DNA of 64,000 bases from assembly GCA_023436115.1 (NCBI GenBank), contig JAEZKQ010000031.1, positions 164,740 to 228,739 of the forward strand. Reading direction: 5' to 3'. The notes beneath the pieces are model-generated. The model was not told the origin of the DNA and searched no databases. It was given only the letters and a program-made list of their open reading frames with translations. This document shows, piece by piece, positions 50,983-60,023 of the stretch (position 1 is the stretch's first letter; the number at the start of each line of letters is the position of its first letter). A program made the translations under genes and the position numbers. This DNA comes from Bacillota bacterium (GTDB lineage: Bacteria > Bacillota > Clostridia > Christensenellales > SZUA-584).

Positions 50983-52089
50983 ATGAGGATAATTTGTGAT
51001 AAAAACGAACTGCAGAAAAATGTGAATACAGCTTCAAAAGCAGTTGCCGTTAAATCTCCGATCTATTTGCTCGAGGGAATACGTATTTCAGCTGCTGATA
51101 ATACATTGACTTTTTACGGAAGTGATGGAACACTGTCGATTAAATCTAAAATAGAAGCAAATGTGATAGAAAGTGGTGATATCGTTTTACCGGCAAAGCT
51201 TTTTTGTGAATTGCTTGCAAAGTTCGATGCGTGTGAGCTCAGTATATACACCGAAGGAAGTAACGTCGTATTAGAATGCGGGCACTCAAAGACCACGCTT
51301 TGTTATATGAGTGCAGAACAATATCCTGAATTTCCTCAATTTGATGCGGTTGGCGGTATCAGCCTTTATTCGAAACAGCTTGTCAGTATGATCGATCAAA
51401 CGGTTTTTGCAACAGCAGCAAGTGAAGAAAAACCAATACTCACAGGAATACTTCTGGAGATGTCAGAAAACAATGTGAAAATGGTCGCTCTTGACGGTTA
51501 TAGGCTTGCTGTACGAAAAGAAAACATAAGTGCAGAGCATACTGAGAAAGAGGTCGTTGTGCCCTCAAAATCGATGAGAGAGATCGCACGCATTATTCCT
51601 GAGGATGAGACAACCATTAAGCTGTACACACGTGAAAATCTTGTGGGTATCGTATGCGATAACATTGAGATCGTTACCCGTGTTCTGCAAGGCGATTATG
51701 TTAAGTATAAAAATATATTACCTGCCGAATATATGACACGAGTGATTGTTAGCAGGCAAAATATGTTTGGTGGTCTTGAGCGCACGAGTATTATGGCCAG
51801 ACAATCCAAAACAAATCTTGTTAACCTGCAGATTGAAAGCGGTATTCTCACAATTACATCGGATTCTGAGATCGGAAAAGCCCGTGAGGAAATAGATATT
51901 AAACAAACGGGTAAGAATTTGAATATAGCGTTTAATGCGCGTTATCTGCTCGATGTTCTTAAAGAGGTTTTGGATGAAGAAATTGTGATGGAGTTCAATA
52001 CCAGCATAAGCCCGTGCGTGATTCATCCGCTTTCAGGCGAGAGTTATCTATATCTTGTATTGCCGGTTAAAACAAATAATGTCAATTAA
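50983..52089 (+). CDS. dnaN: DNA polymerase III beta sliding clamp
   Basis: 368 aa, three-domain clamp pattern, directly downstream of dnaA. AAGGAG SD. Confidence 0.95.
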   Translation: MRIICDKNELQKNVNTASKAVAVKSPIYLLEGIRISAADNTLTFYGSDGTLSIKSKIEANVIESGDIVLPAKLFCELLAKFDACELSIYTEGSNVVLECGHSKTTLCYMSAEQYPEFPQFDAVGGISLYSKQLVSMIDQTVFATAASEEKPILTGILLEMSENNVKMVALDGYRLAVRKENISAEHTEKEVVVPSKSMREIARIIPEDETTIKLYTRENLVGIVCDNIEIVTRVLQGDYVKYKNILPAEYMTRVIVSRQNMFGGLERTSIMARQSKTNLVNLQIESGILTITSDSEIGKAREEIDIKQTGKNLNIAFNARYLLDVLKEVLDEEIVMEFNTSISPCVIHPLSGESYLYLVLPVKTNNVN

Positions 52090-52796
52090 GTTTTCTTTTT
52101 AAGAAATGTATTTGTTAACCAAGAATGGACACGCTCCTCAATAAGGGGAGCGTATTTTGTTGCTAAAAATAGTGCCGCGAAACCCACAACCGCAATAATA
52201 ATCCAGCCCCAAATCGGCAGTGAAACAAAACCTGAACCGACTAAAGCAGAAAAGATAAGACCCCAGGGGCGGGTGATCAGTACGATTAAGGCAAAAGCGG
52301 GTAGACTTAATGCGGATAAGCCGGCAATCAAACACAAGATATCATCCGGAAAAAAGGGCAGCAAAAACATAAAAATTAATAATACACGCTGGCGTGACGA
52401 GACGGAGCTCAAATACTTATCGACGATCTTTTTTCCTGCTAATCGTTCAACGAGAGGACGTCCAAATTTTTTACCAAGAAGAAATGCTGCCAGGGATCCT
52501 AAAAAAACAGCAGCCATTGATAAAAGAAAGCCGTAAAAAAAACCAAAAAGAACACCTCCCGCCAGCGTGGTCACGCTGCCGGGAATCGGAGAAATGATGA
52601 CTTGAATAAACTGCAGAACGAAGAAGGCAAGAGGGGCCCAAGCTCCAAATGATGCAACATATTGCTGGAAGCTTTCCTTTGACTCAAAAACAGTAAACCA
52701 ACCGTTTTCTTTGCCGATAAAATAAAGTATCGTTGCTGCAATAATGATAAAAAGTAATACAGCAAACCATATCAATTGTTTTTTCGTTAATTTCAT
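52086..52796 (-). CDS. TVP38/TMEM64 (DedA-related) membrane protein
   Basis: 236 aa, with motifs PIPGSVTTLAGGVLFG and FPDD. It overlaps the dnaN stop by 4 nt (convergent). Confidence 0.75.
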   Translation of the reverse strand: MKLTKKQLIWFAVLLFIIIAATILYFIGKENGWFTVFESKESFQQYVASFGAWAPLAFFVLQFIQVIISPIPGSVTTLAGGVLFGFFYGFLLSMAAVFLGSLAAFLLGKKFGRPLVERLAGKKIVDKYLSSVSSRQRVLLIFMFLLPFFPDDILCLIAGLSALSLPAFALIVLITRPWGLIFSALVGSGFVSLPIWGWIIIAVVGFAALFLATKYAPLIEERVHSWLTNTFLKKKT

Positions 52797-52900
52797 AATG
52801 ACAGTATACCATATATAAGTAAAATCTGAATACAGTTATTTGTAACATTTCTATGATTAAGCGAGTAGTTCATTGAACCTTTGTTTCTAAATTTAGATAT

Positions 52901-52929
52901 TTGACTTAAGCAGAAGAGCTGATTATAAT
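52901..52929 (+). promoter_or_regulatory. Sigma-A promoter of the guanidine riboswitch-gdx unit
   Basis: TTGACT (52901-52906), 17 nt spacer, TATAAT (52924-52929). Confidence 0.65.
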
Positions 52930-52954
52930 GGAGTTCTAATTACACATATAAAGT

Positions 52955-53080
52955 TTTCTAGGGTTCCGCAGCATTACGCTGGTCTGCGACCAAGAGAAAA
53001 CACACAGTCATAACAACTGTGCACACGGAAGGATAAAAGCCTGGGAGATATCAAAAGATATCTTTCCGGTTTATTTTTTT
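52955..53080 (+). promoter_or_regulatory. Guanidine-I (ykkC) riboswitch with terminator-type expression platform
   Basis: CUAGGGUUCCG ... CUGGUCUGCGACCAAGAGAAA ... ACACGGAAGGAUAAAAGCCUGGGAGA, then AGATATC-AAAA-GATATCT and a T-rich run. An SMR guanidinium exporter gene lies downstream. Confidence 0.8.
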
Positions 53081-53095
53081 GGGAGGCTACAAGAT

Positions 53096-53413
53096 ATGGC
53101 ATGGGTCTATTTATTTATTGCAGGGATATTTGAGATCGTTTGGGCAATAGGTCTTAAGTATTCACAAGGGTTCACTCGGTTATATCCGTCTTTAATTACC
53201 ATAGGGGGTATGATCGTTAGCTTTTATTTACTGTCTCTCGCGACGAAAACGCTTCCGATGGGAACTGCGTATGCTGTTTGGACAGGAATTGGCGCTTTAG
53301 GCACTGTATTGTTGGGTATTATTCTTTTCCATGAACCGGTTAATTTAATAAGAATCTCATTTCTTGCTTTGATATTGATTGGAATTTTAGGTTTGAAACT
53401 CACTTCTGCATAA
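53096..53413 (+). CDS. gdx: SMR-family guanidinium exporter (Gdx/SugE)
   Basis: 105 aa, 4 TM. N-terminus [26 protein letters not shown] with the conserved membrane Glu. Confidence 0.88.
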   Translation: MAWVYLFIAGIFEIVWAIGLKYSQGFTRLYPSLITIGGMIVSFYLLSLATKTLPMGTAYAVWTGIGALGTVLLGIILFHEPVNLIRISFLALILIGILGLKLTSA

Positions 53414-53436
53414 ATAGACTTAAGCGAAATAGGATT

Positions 53437-53472
53437 ATTGAACAAAAGCAGAATAGCGCTGCCTTTGTTCAA
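53437..53472. terminator. Strong hairpin between the convergent gdx and SGNH genes
   Basis: ATTGAACAAAAGCA / TGCCTTTGTTCAAT, pairing 13 of 14. The U-tracts are poor on both sides. Confidence 0.45.
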
Positions 53473-53514
53473 TTGGAATATCGTTATTTATTGTCGCTTT
53501 TTCGAATAAATGAT

Positions 53515-54225
53515 TTAGACCTGAACCGGTAATAAATATGATGCGTTTTCCCTTATAAAACCCATAACAGCTTCAAAAATCAGCTTATGACCGGCTTCAT
53601 TAGGATGTATGCCGTCTGAACAGATGAAATCAAAGAACTCTCTGCATTTCAAAAAAGCACGGCGTACATCAATGCACGTGACATGACGCACCCGGGATAT
53701 GTATTGCACGCAGTTTGAGTACCTTTCCTGCCACCAATAAATTCGCCAAACATCTTTGAGCCATTTTAATATATTGAGACCTTTTTCTTTATCGCAGTTG
53801 GTAAACCATTTGAAATAGCTGTCGGCGTAAAGCGGCGGTAACGTTGTGAGAACAACTTTTTTCCCATTTTGCTGGACATAGTCGATCATGTCATTCAGAC
53901 TTTTTTCAAATACGTCTAATGGTGTTTTGGGTATATGATCCTGCATAGGATCCTGCGCGATATTATCCCATAAAAAATCGCAGTCGTTGCCCCCAAATTC
54001 AATCACGACAATATCAGGATTGTGCTTTTCCATTTTTGATTGTAAGACTTTTTGACCCTGAACAACAGTTGAGCCAAAACGAGAGGCATTTATCATTTCG
54101 GCATTTACGTTTTCTGAAAGAAGGTTAAAAAAACAGTCTTTAAGAAGTACATATTTCTTTTTCTCTTCATCGAGTATAACACCCTTTGAAAGTGAATCTC
54201 CTACAACAAGTATTTTATGATCCAT
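53515..54225 (-). CDS. SGNH/GDSL-family hydrolase
   Basis: Block I ILVVGDSLSKG, block III GGND, block V DGIHPN. Confidence 0.8.
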   Translation of the reverse strand: MDHKILVVGDSLSKGVILDEEKKKYVLLKDCFFNLLSENVNAEMINASRFGSTVVQGQKVLQSKMEKHNPDIVVIEFGGNDCDFLWDNIAQDPMQDHIPKTPLDVFEKSLNDMIDYVQQNGKKVVLTTLPPLYADSYFKWFTNCDKEKGLNILKWLKDVWRIYWWQERYSNCVQYISRVRHVTCIDVRRAFLKCREFFDFICSDGIHPNEAGHKLIFEAVMGFIRENASYLLPVQV

Positions 54226-54618
54226 TTGTCTCTCCTTTCTTTAGATATCTTTGAACTATCTATAACGTTAATATCCCTTTGAGCTATATCAAGTATACCC
54301 ATTGCTTTTCTTAGTATGACTGCATACTGTAAATAAATAGGACCCATAATCAAAAAGATTGCGCTATTATTTGAAAGACTGACTGACAAATAATATTTAA
54401 AATGAATATTATTAACATAATGTCTGGCAATCGTCCGATAAAATATATCATACCATTTTTTTTGCGGCAAGAGATGAGATGTAAACGAATTATGGCTAAA
54501 TATTTCTTGTGGAATGGATGTATGTGGTTATTCATAAATAAATTCATGTAGGGTGCCCTTTCAAATATATGTTTTTTGTTTTATAATGAAAATAATGAAT
54601 TTCAGGGGGACTGATTAT

Positions 54619-55395
54619 ATGTCTAAAATTATTGCCATTGCCAACCAAAAGGGCGGCGTTGGTAAAACAACAACAGCGGTAAACCTTAGTGCATGTATTG
54701 CAGATAAAGGGAAGAAAGTTTTGCTTATTGATATCGACCCGCAGGGGAATTCCACAAGCGGACTGGGAATTGAAAAAAGCGAATTGAAGACTTCCGTATA
54801 CGACATATTAATTAACAATATAGATGCGCGTCAAGTCATAAAGAAAACAATGATTGATACACTTGACATTATTCCGGCCAACATTGATCTTGTCGGTGCT
54901 GAGGTGGAAATGGTATCGCGCATGGCCAGAGAGCAAATACTTAAGAATGCTCTAAAGAATATCCGTGACAGCTATGACTATATATTTATGGATTGCCCCC
55001 CGTCACTTGGCTTGATAACAATTAATGCATTAACAGCATCAGATAAAATACTCGTGCCTATTCAATGTGAGTATTATGCTTTGGAAGGCTTATCACAATT
55101 GATGAATACAATAAAACTTGTACGGTCAAATTTAAATCCGAGCATTGAGGTAGAAGGCGTGGTTCTTACTATGTTTGACGGAAGGACAAACTTATCTATA
55201 CAAGTTGTGGAGGAAGTCAAAAAGTATTTTAAAAATAAGGTTTACAAAACGATTATACCCAGAAACGTCCGGCTTGGCGAAGCCCCGAGTTTTGGTTTAC
55301 CGATTATTCGTTATGATGCCACCTGCCTGGGCTCTCAGTGTTATATCGATTTGGCCAGTGAAGTTATCGAATATAACGGAGGGGATGCATCATGA
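54619..55395 (+). CDS. parA: Chromosome partitioning ATPase ParA/Soj
   Basis: Deviant Walker A KGGVGKTT. I chose ATG 54619 (AGGGGGA SD) instead of the track start 54553. Confidence 0.92.
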   Translation: MSKIIAIANQKGGVGKTTTAVNLSACIADKGKKVLLIDIDPQGNSTSGLGIEKSELKTSVYDILINNIDARQVIKKTMIDTLDIIPANIDLVGAEVEMVSRMAREQILKNALKNIRDSYDYIFMDCPPSLGLITINALTASDKILVPIQCEYYALEGLSQLMNTIKLVRSNLNPSIEVEGVVLTMFDGRTNLSIQVVEEVKKYFKNKVYKTIIPRNVRLGEAPSFGLPIIRYDATCLGSQCYIDLASEVIEYNGGDAS

Positions 55396-56249
55396 AGCAG
55401 CCGCAGCAACGGCTTGGAAAAGGTCTTGGGGCTCTGATCGGCGAAGGCCCGCAAAACAGCGAAGAAAGAGTCGCCGGACTTAAGATGGTCAGTGTGAATG
55501 ATATTGATCCAAATGCTGAACAGCCTCGGAAACATTTTGACAGCGACAGACTTGAAGAGCTTGCGCAATCCATCAGTACATACGGTATTGTTCAGCCTAT
55601 CATTGTTCAGCAGAATGGTTCACGCTATACGATTATTGCCGGAGAAAGACGGTACCGGGCGGCTAGGCTTGCGGGTTTAAAAGAAGTTCCTGTCGTCATC
55701 AAAGAGTGTTCCAGAACTGAGCTTATGGAGGTATCACTTGTTGAAAACCTCCAGAGAGAAGATTTAAACCCGATTGAAGAAGCTCAGGCAATGCGCCTTT
55801 TGATGGATGAGCATAAGTTGACACAGGATGAGTTGTCCAGCCGGCTTGGTAAATCTAGAAGTGCTGTTGCCAATACATTGCGCTTATTGTCTTTGCCGGA
55901 AAGCGTAAGATCAATGGTCATAGCGGGAGACTTATCGTCAGGACATGCACGGTGCCTTGTCGCATTGGAGCGCGATGAAGATAAACATCGCTTAGCTATG
56001 AAAATTGTATCGCAAGGATTGTCTGTTCGTGCGACGGAGGAACTCGTTAAAGCATTGAACACGCTAAAACAGGATAATAAGAAGGCAGATACAAAACCCG
56101 AAATAGAAGAAGCGGAGAAGAATTTGACGGCAGCACTGGGTACGCGGGTTCAGATTTCCGGAGACTTAAAACGCGGTAAGATTATACTGGCCTATTACAA
56201 TCAAGAGCAGCTCAATTCTCTTTTTGATTTTCTAATGACAAGCAAATAA
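55392..56249 (+). CDS. parB: Chromosome partitioning protein ParB/Spo0J
   Basis: ParB box IAGERRYRAA and an HTH (LTQDELSSRLGKSRSAVANTLRLL). It overlaps parA by 4 nt. Confidence 0.92.
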   Translation: MKQPQQRLGKGLGALIGEGPQNSEERVAGLKMVSVNDIDPNAEQPRKHFDSDRLEELAQSISTYGIVQPIIVQQNGSRYTIIAGERRYRAARLAGLKEVPVVIKECSRTELMEVSLVENLQREDLNPIEEAQAMRLLMDEHKLTQDELSSRLGKSRSAVANTLRLLSLPESVRSMVIAGDLSSGHARCLVALERDEDKHRLAMKIVSQGLSVRATEELVKALNTLKQDNKKADTKPEIEEAEKNLTAALGTRVQISGDLKRGKIILAYYNQEQLNSLFDFLMTSK

Positions 56250-56261
56250 GTCTATTAAAAA

Positions 56262-56277
56262 AGTTTCACGTGAAACA
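56262..56277. other. parS site 1
   Basis: AGTTTCACGTGAAACA, matching 15 of 16 positions of TGTTTCACGTGAAACA. Confidence 0.85.
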
Positions 56278-56286
56278 TTAATCTTT

Positions 56287-56302
56287 TGTTTCACGTGAAA
56301 CT
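56287..56302. other. parS site 2
   Basis: TGTTTCACGTGAAACT, matching 15 of 16 positions. It is the mirror image of site 1, 9 nt away. Confidence 0.85.
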
Positions 56303-56329
56303 TTTTATTATGACGGTAAACAGCCTGGT

Positions 56330-57037
56330 CTAAATAACGCCGCGTATCAGATGTAAATAAAAGTTGTTGTTAAAGAAAAACATTCCGATATTAGATGTTT
56401 GAAAATATTCTGAAATTTTATCGACCGGTAAAATCAATAACACGATAGGGATAACGGTCACAATTAAGAAGCATACAAGAAAACCGTGCAATGCCCCAAA
56501 AAGAGCACCCGTTGTTCGGTCGTATTGACGAAGCTCGGGAAATTGTACTGTGTAATCTATCGACCCTAATACGAATGCAAAAATGATACGGGCTAATAAG
56601 AACACCGCGAGAAAAGAGAGGATGTTTAGCACAGCCGAGACAATGGTCATGTTGAAGTATTCACCGATCGTTGTCAGCCCGTCGGACGCGAAAGCTTTCG
56701 CTTCAACATTCTGACGAATCAGGGAAGTAAAAGGCTCGGAAGTATTTGATGACGTCAGAATGCTGTCGAGCTGCGAATTTGTCAGATTGTCGACAAGGAG
56801 CTGAGAGCTTTCATAGGTCGTAATTTTTTCGGCGCCTTCTGTGTAATAGATCAAATAATCAAAAATAGATTTATTGGCCTTTACTGCAGTGGAGACAACA
56901 GGATAAAACAAATAGGATGTAATAACAGAGAGAAAGAACACACCAAGGTTAAGGGCAGACCTTAAAAAACCGCGGTGTATGCCCTCCAATATCATTATCA
57001 ATATAATCACGATCAAGCAAAGGCTAATCAAATTCAT
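56330..57037 (-). CDS. cvpA: CvpA-family membrane protein
   Basis: N-terminus MNLISLCLIVIILIMILEGIHRGFLRSALNLG is typical of CvpA. 4-5 TM segments. Confidence 0.65.
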   Translation of the reverse strand: MNLISLCLIVIILIMILEGIHRGFLRSALNLGVFFLSVITSYLFYPVVSTAVKANKSIFDYLIYYTEGAEKITTYESSQLLVDNLTNSQLDSILTSSNTSEPFTSLIRQNVEAKAFASDGLTTIGEYFNMTIVSAVLNILSFLAVFLLARIIFAFVLGSIDYTVQFPELRQYDRTTGALFGALHGFLVCFLIVTVIPIVLLILPVDKISEYFQTSNIGMFFFNNNFYLHLIRGVI

Positions 57038-57063
57038 TATTCAACCTCCAGATACAGCAGCCT

Positions 57064-58170
57064 TTATGGCAGCGGCATCAGCGTTACCGATTTACCAGAC
57101 TTAATATAAACATGGTTTTTAATCGCTCTCTCGACACCATCAATCGCATACGGCAGATCATAGGTTCTTAGATATTTGCCTTCACCAGTATATACGAAAA
57201 TCTGGTTGTTTGCAAAGCAATATATCTTCTCTCCCTGGTGCAGTATCTTAAAGACTCCGGGGGGCAGATTGATGGTAATTTCGCTGCCGGCAGAGCGTAT
57301 GACGCGGGCAATATCATATGTACCGGTGTTGTTTAATGGGACATAGATAAACTTTGGCTCGCTTGAGCAGCAGACATCTTCGAGTACCCAACCATACACC
57401 ATGACCTGTTTGTTGCTGGAGTTAATTGATTCGTACATTGTCAGCTGATTTGTCCCGATTGCGTAGATGCTGTCTCCAATCCAGTATAAGCTGCTGACAA
57501 GCTGGTCTTTGAACTCTTTAATAAAGGTGATCGCTTGGGTGTCGGGTCGATAAGTAGAAATTCGGGATACCGGCACACCTCCCGATACATCAAGTTCGAG
57601 TACATAAAGTGCGTCACTTTTTTCGTCAAAACCGTAATCCAGCACATAACGGTTCGTTACATCCAATCGAAATAATGCTTCACCCGTAAGATTAAAAACA
57701 ACAATATAAGCCGGGGTTTCATTGTCGGCCTGCTGCAGAACAAAAGCCGCAATCATATCTTTGCCAACGCGCGCGGATTTAATCTCGCCGTTTAACTGAG
57801 TGGAAAAGAGATGATTGCCTTTTGCGTTAAGAACCTGTACAACACCTTGACCGGTCGCGGCGATCAGATCATCGTTTGCGGTAAAACTAAGGCCGCTGGT
57901 AAACAGCTTAAGTTTCCAGACTAATTTTTGAGATGCATCAACACATGTTAACAGTTCCGCATCCGAATAAACGATTGTTTCACCAACCGTAAAATATTCG
58001 CTATCGGCTCCAAATGGCATTTGAACAAGTGTATCTTTAAGTTCCCTGCCCTTTGTCAGGATAACGATTAAACCGGTAAGCAAGACGATGGAGGCAATGG
58101 CGATTGCGCCTAAAAACATGACAGTTTTGCGCGGTAGACGTTTTTTCTTTGTTTTCTTACTTAAATACAC
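57064..58170 (-). CDS. Hypothetical N-anchored protein with a beta-propeller-like ectodomain (possibly DUF5711)
   Basis: Lys-rich tail KKTKKKRLPRK, one TM, then repeated beta-strand blocks. The family name is from memory only. Confidence 0.45.
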   Translation of the reverse strand: MYLSKKTKKKRLPRKTVMFLGAIAIASIVLLTGLIVILTKGRELKDTLVQMPFGADSEYFTVGETIVYSDAELLTCVDASQKLVWKLKLFTSGLSFTANDDLIAATGQGVVQVLNAKGNHLFSTQLNGEIKSARVGKDMIAAFVLQQADNETPAYIVVFNLTGEALFRLDVTNRYVLDYGFDEKSDALYVLELDVSGGVPVSRISTYRPDTQAITFIKEFKDQLVSSLYWIGDSIYAIGTNQLTMYESINSSNKQVMVYGWVLEDVCCSSEPKFIYVPLNNTGTYDIARVIRSAGSEITINLPPGVFKILHQGEKIYCFANNQIFVYTGEGKYLRTYDLPYAIDGVERAIKNHVYIKSGKSVTLMPLP

Positions 58171-58278
58171 GCGGGCACCTCTCTTGTGCGGATTATAATG
58201 GCATTATAACACAAGGCATAAGAAAAGAAAAACGACCAAAGAATGGCCGCTTTTGAAGGTCAGTACTTGATGAACTCA

Positions 58279-59157
58279 TTAAGATCGCGGGCAAAAAACA
58301 CGCAGTGCAGATGGTTTGATATATAATCTTGATGGCGTTTGTCCATAGACTTCGCCGTCAACATTAAAGCGCTGTAGGGTATCACATGCTATGGTTATTT
58401 CACTGCATGTCAACTGTTCTGCCCAAGCTATATTATCGATCTGTCCTTTTTTTAGCTTTGGCAGTTCAAAAAGAATCCGCCATCTTGGGACTTTATTAAT
58501 TATTAAAATATTAAATAGCCCATCATTAACGCTGGACTGTGGAGCGACATTAAGACCTCCGCCATAGCATTGCCCGTTTGCCACGGCAATGAGCAGTACG
58601 GTTTTACGAATTGTTTTCCCGTTGACAGTAATATCAATAGTAATGTTTTTATACCTGAATATCGACATAATGATACCCAGCAAATAAGCAAAACCACCCG
58701 TGAAGAGACGCCGCACCTTTTCAGTATTATAGATAACCTCTACATCAAAACCGGTACCCGCGACATTGAGAAAAGGCCTGTCGTCACCAAGAAAACCGAT
58801 ATCAACATATTTGCTATAGCCGTCCAATATCGTATCCAGCGCTTGGACAGCATCCTTGGAGATGTTGACGGCCTGGCGAAAATCATTACCGGTCCCTGCA
58901 GGGATAATGCCCAGTGTTTCGTGTGTACCCTGTAATTCGCCAGCGATCTCTAAAAGAGTTCCATCTCCGCCGACAGAAATAATCCCCTGATATCCTTTAC
59001 CCACAGCCTCCCGTGCCAAAGTTACGGCATGTTGTTTGTACTGAGTTTCATCAATCAAGTATTCAATATTTCGCTCTTTTAAATGTTGCTCAACAGCCTG
59101 CATCGCTTTATATGACCGGCCGGCACCTGCGGTAGGATTGAAAATGATGTAATACAT
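58279..59157 (-). CDS. Diacylglycerol/lipid kinase (YegS/DagK family)
   Basis: NPTAGAG N-terminus, GGDGTL, PAGTGNDF. Confidence 0.85.
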   Translation of the reverse strand: MYYIIFNPTAGAGRSYKAMQAVEQHLKERNIEYLIDETQYKQHAVTLAREAVGKGYQGIISVGGDGTLLEIAGELQGTHETLGIIPAGTGNDFRQAVNISKDAVQALDTILDGYSKYVDIGFLGDDRPFLNVAGTGFDVEVIYNTEKVRRLFTGGFAYLLGIIMSIFRYKNITIDITVNGKTIRKTVLLIAVANGQCYGGGLNVAPQSSVNDGLFNILIINKVPRWRILFELPKLKKGQIDNIAWAEQLTCSEITIACDTLQRFNVDGEVYGQTPSRLYIKPSALRVFCPRS

Positions 59158-59326
59158 GTGTGCTCCAAAAGAATTAATATAGATATTTTACTAGAACAAA
59201 CCGTATTTGTATAGATACAATCTATAATGTGACTTTGCTACTGTCCTTTTATCCGGTATCCATGTATGATGAGATAAAAGACTTGCGGCTGAATTTTGGG
59301 GTATACTTGATAAAAGGAGGATAGTT

Positions 59327-60010
59327 ATGTCTGTTGCCGATTTAGGAGGAGCTTTTCTGGTAGGACTCACAGCTTTCTTTTCTCCCTGCATACTGCCTGT
59401 CATTCCGGTATTTCTATCAACATTGGTCGGCGGAATTGCAGAACATAGTCAATCGGTCAAGATTGGCCGGGTACAGCTATATACATTACCAATATTGCGT
59501 GTGACGGCATTTGCACTGGGTGTGGCAATTACGTTTGCGATATTGGGTCTTGCTTTCGGCGCGTTAGGTCAATTCATCAATTCGCTTTGGTTTATGCTCG
59601 TTTGCAGCGTCATTGTGATTATATTCGGTGTTTATCAAACAGGCGCCTTTCAGATACCGTTTCTTATGCGGGAAAAGCGTTTTGAATTAAAACCAAGGAA
59701 AGGAATGATAGGCGCATTTATATTGGGCTTTACCTACAGCTTTGGTTGGACGCCATGCGTGGGATTATCACTGGGCAGTTTACTGTTGTATGTGACGCCG
59801 CAGGGGATATTGGTAGCAGTGGTGACGCTGCTGGTCTATTCATTGGGGTTTGTGATACCGTTTTTTATAGCCGCAGTATTTTCAGATATTCTGGTGAGTA
59901 AAATAAAAAGCATTTATAAACATATGAAGCTGATTAAGATCATAGGCGGCCTTATCATTGTGGCAATGGGCATGTACTTGCTTATCACAACACTGATAAA
60001 AAACTTTTAG
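59327..60010 (+). CDS. ccdA: Thiol-disulfide electron transporter CcdA (DsbD-core family)
   Basis: FFSPCILPVIP and WTPCVG cysteine motifs. 6 TM segments. Confidence 0.85.
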   Translation: MSVADLGGAFLVGLTAFFSPCILPVIPVFLSTLVGGIAEHSQSVKIGRVQLYTLPILRVTAFALGVAITFAILGLAFGALGQFINSLWFMLVCSVIVIIFGVYQTGAFQIPFLMREKRFELKPRKGMIGAFILGFTYSFGWTPCVGLSLGSLLLYVTPQGILVAVVTLLVYSLGFVIPFFIAAVFSDILVSKIKSIYKHMKLIKIIGGLIIVAMGMYLLITTLIKNF

Positions 60011-60023
60011 AAGGAGATTGAAA

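Noticed and set aside
54201-54547. 89-aa and 65-aa minus-strand ORFs upstream of the SGNH gene
   Set aside because: They are AT-rich low-complexity translations that overlap each other and the SGNH start, with no SD. I kept the region only as a low-interest note.
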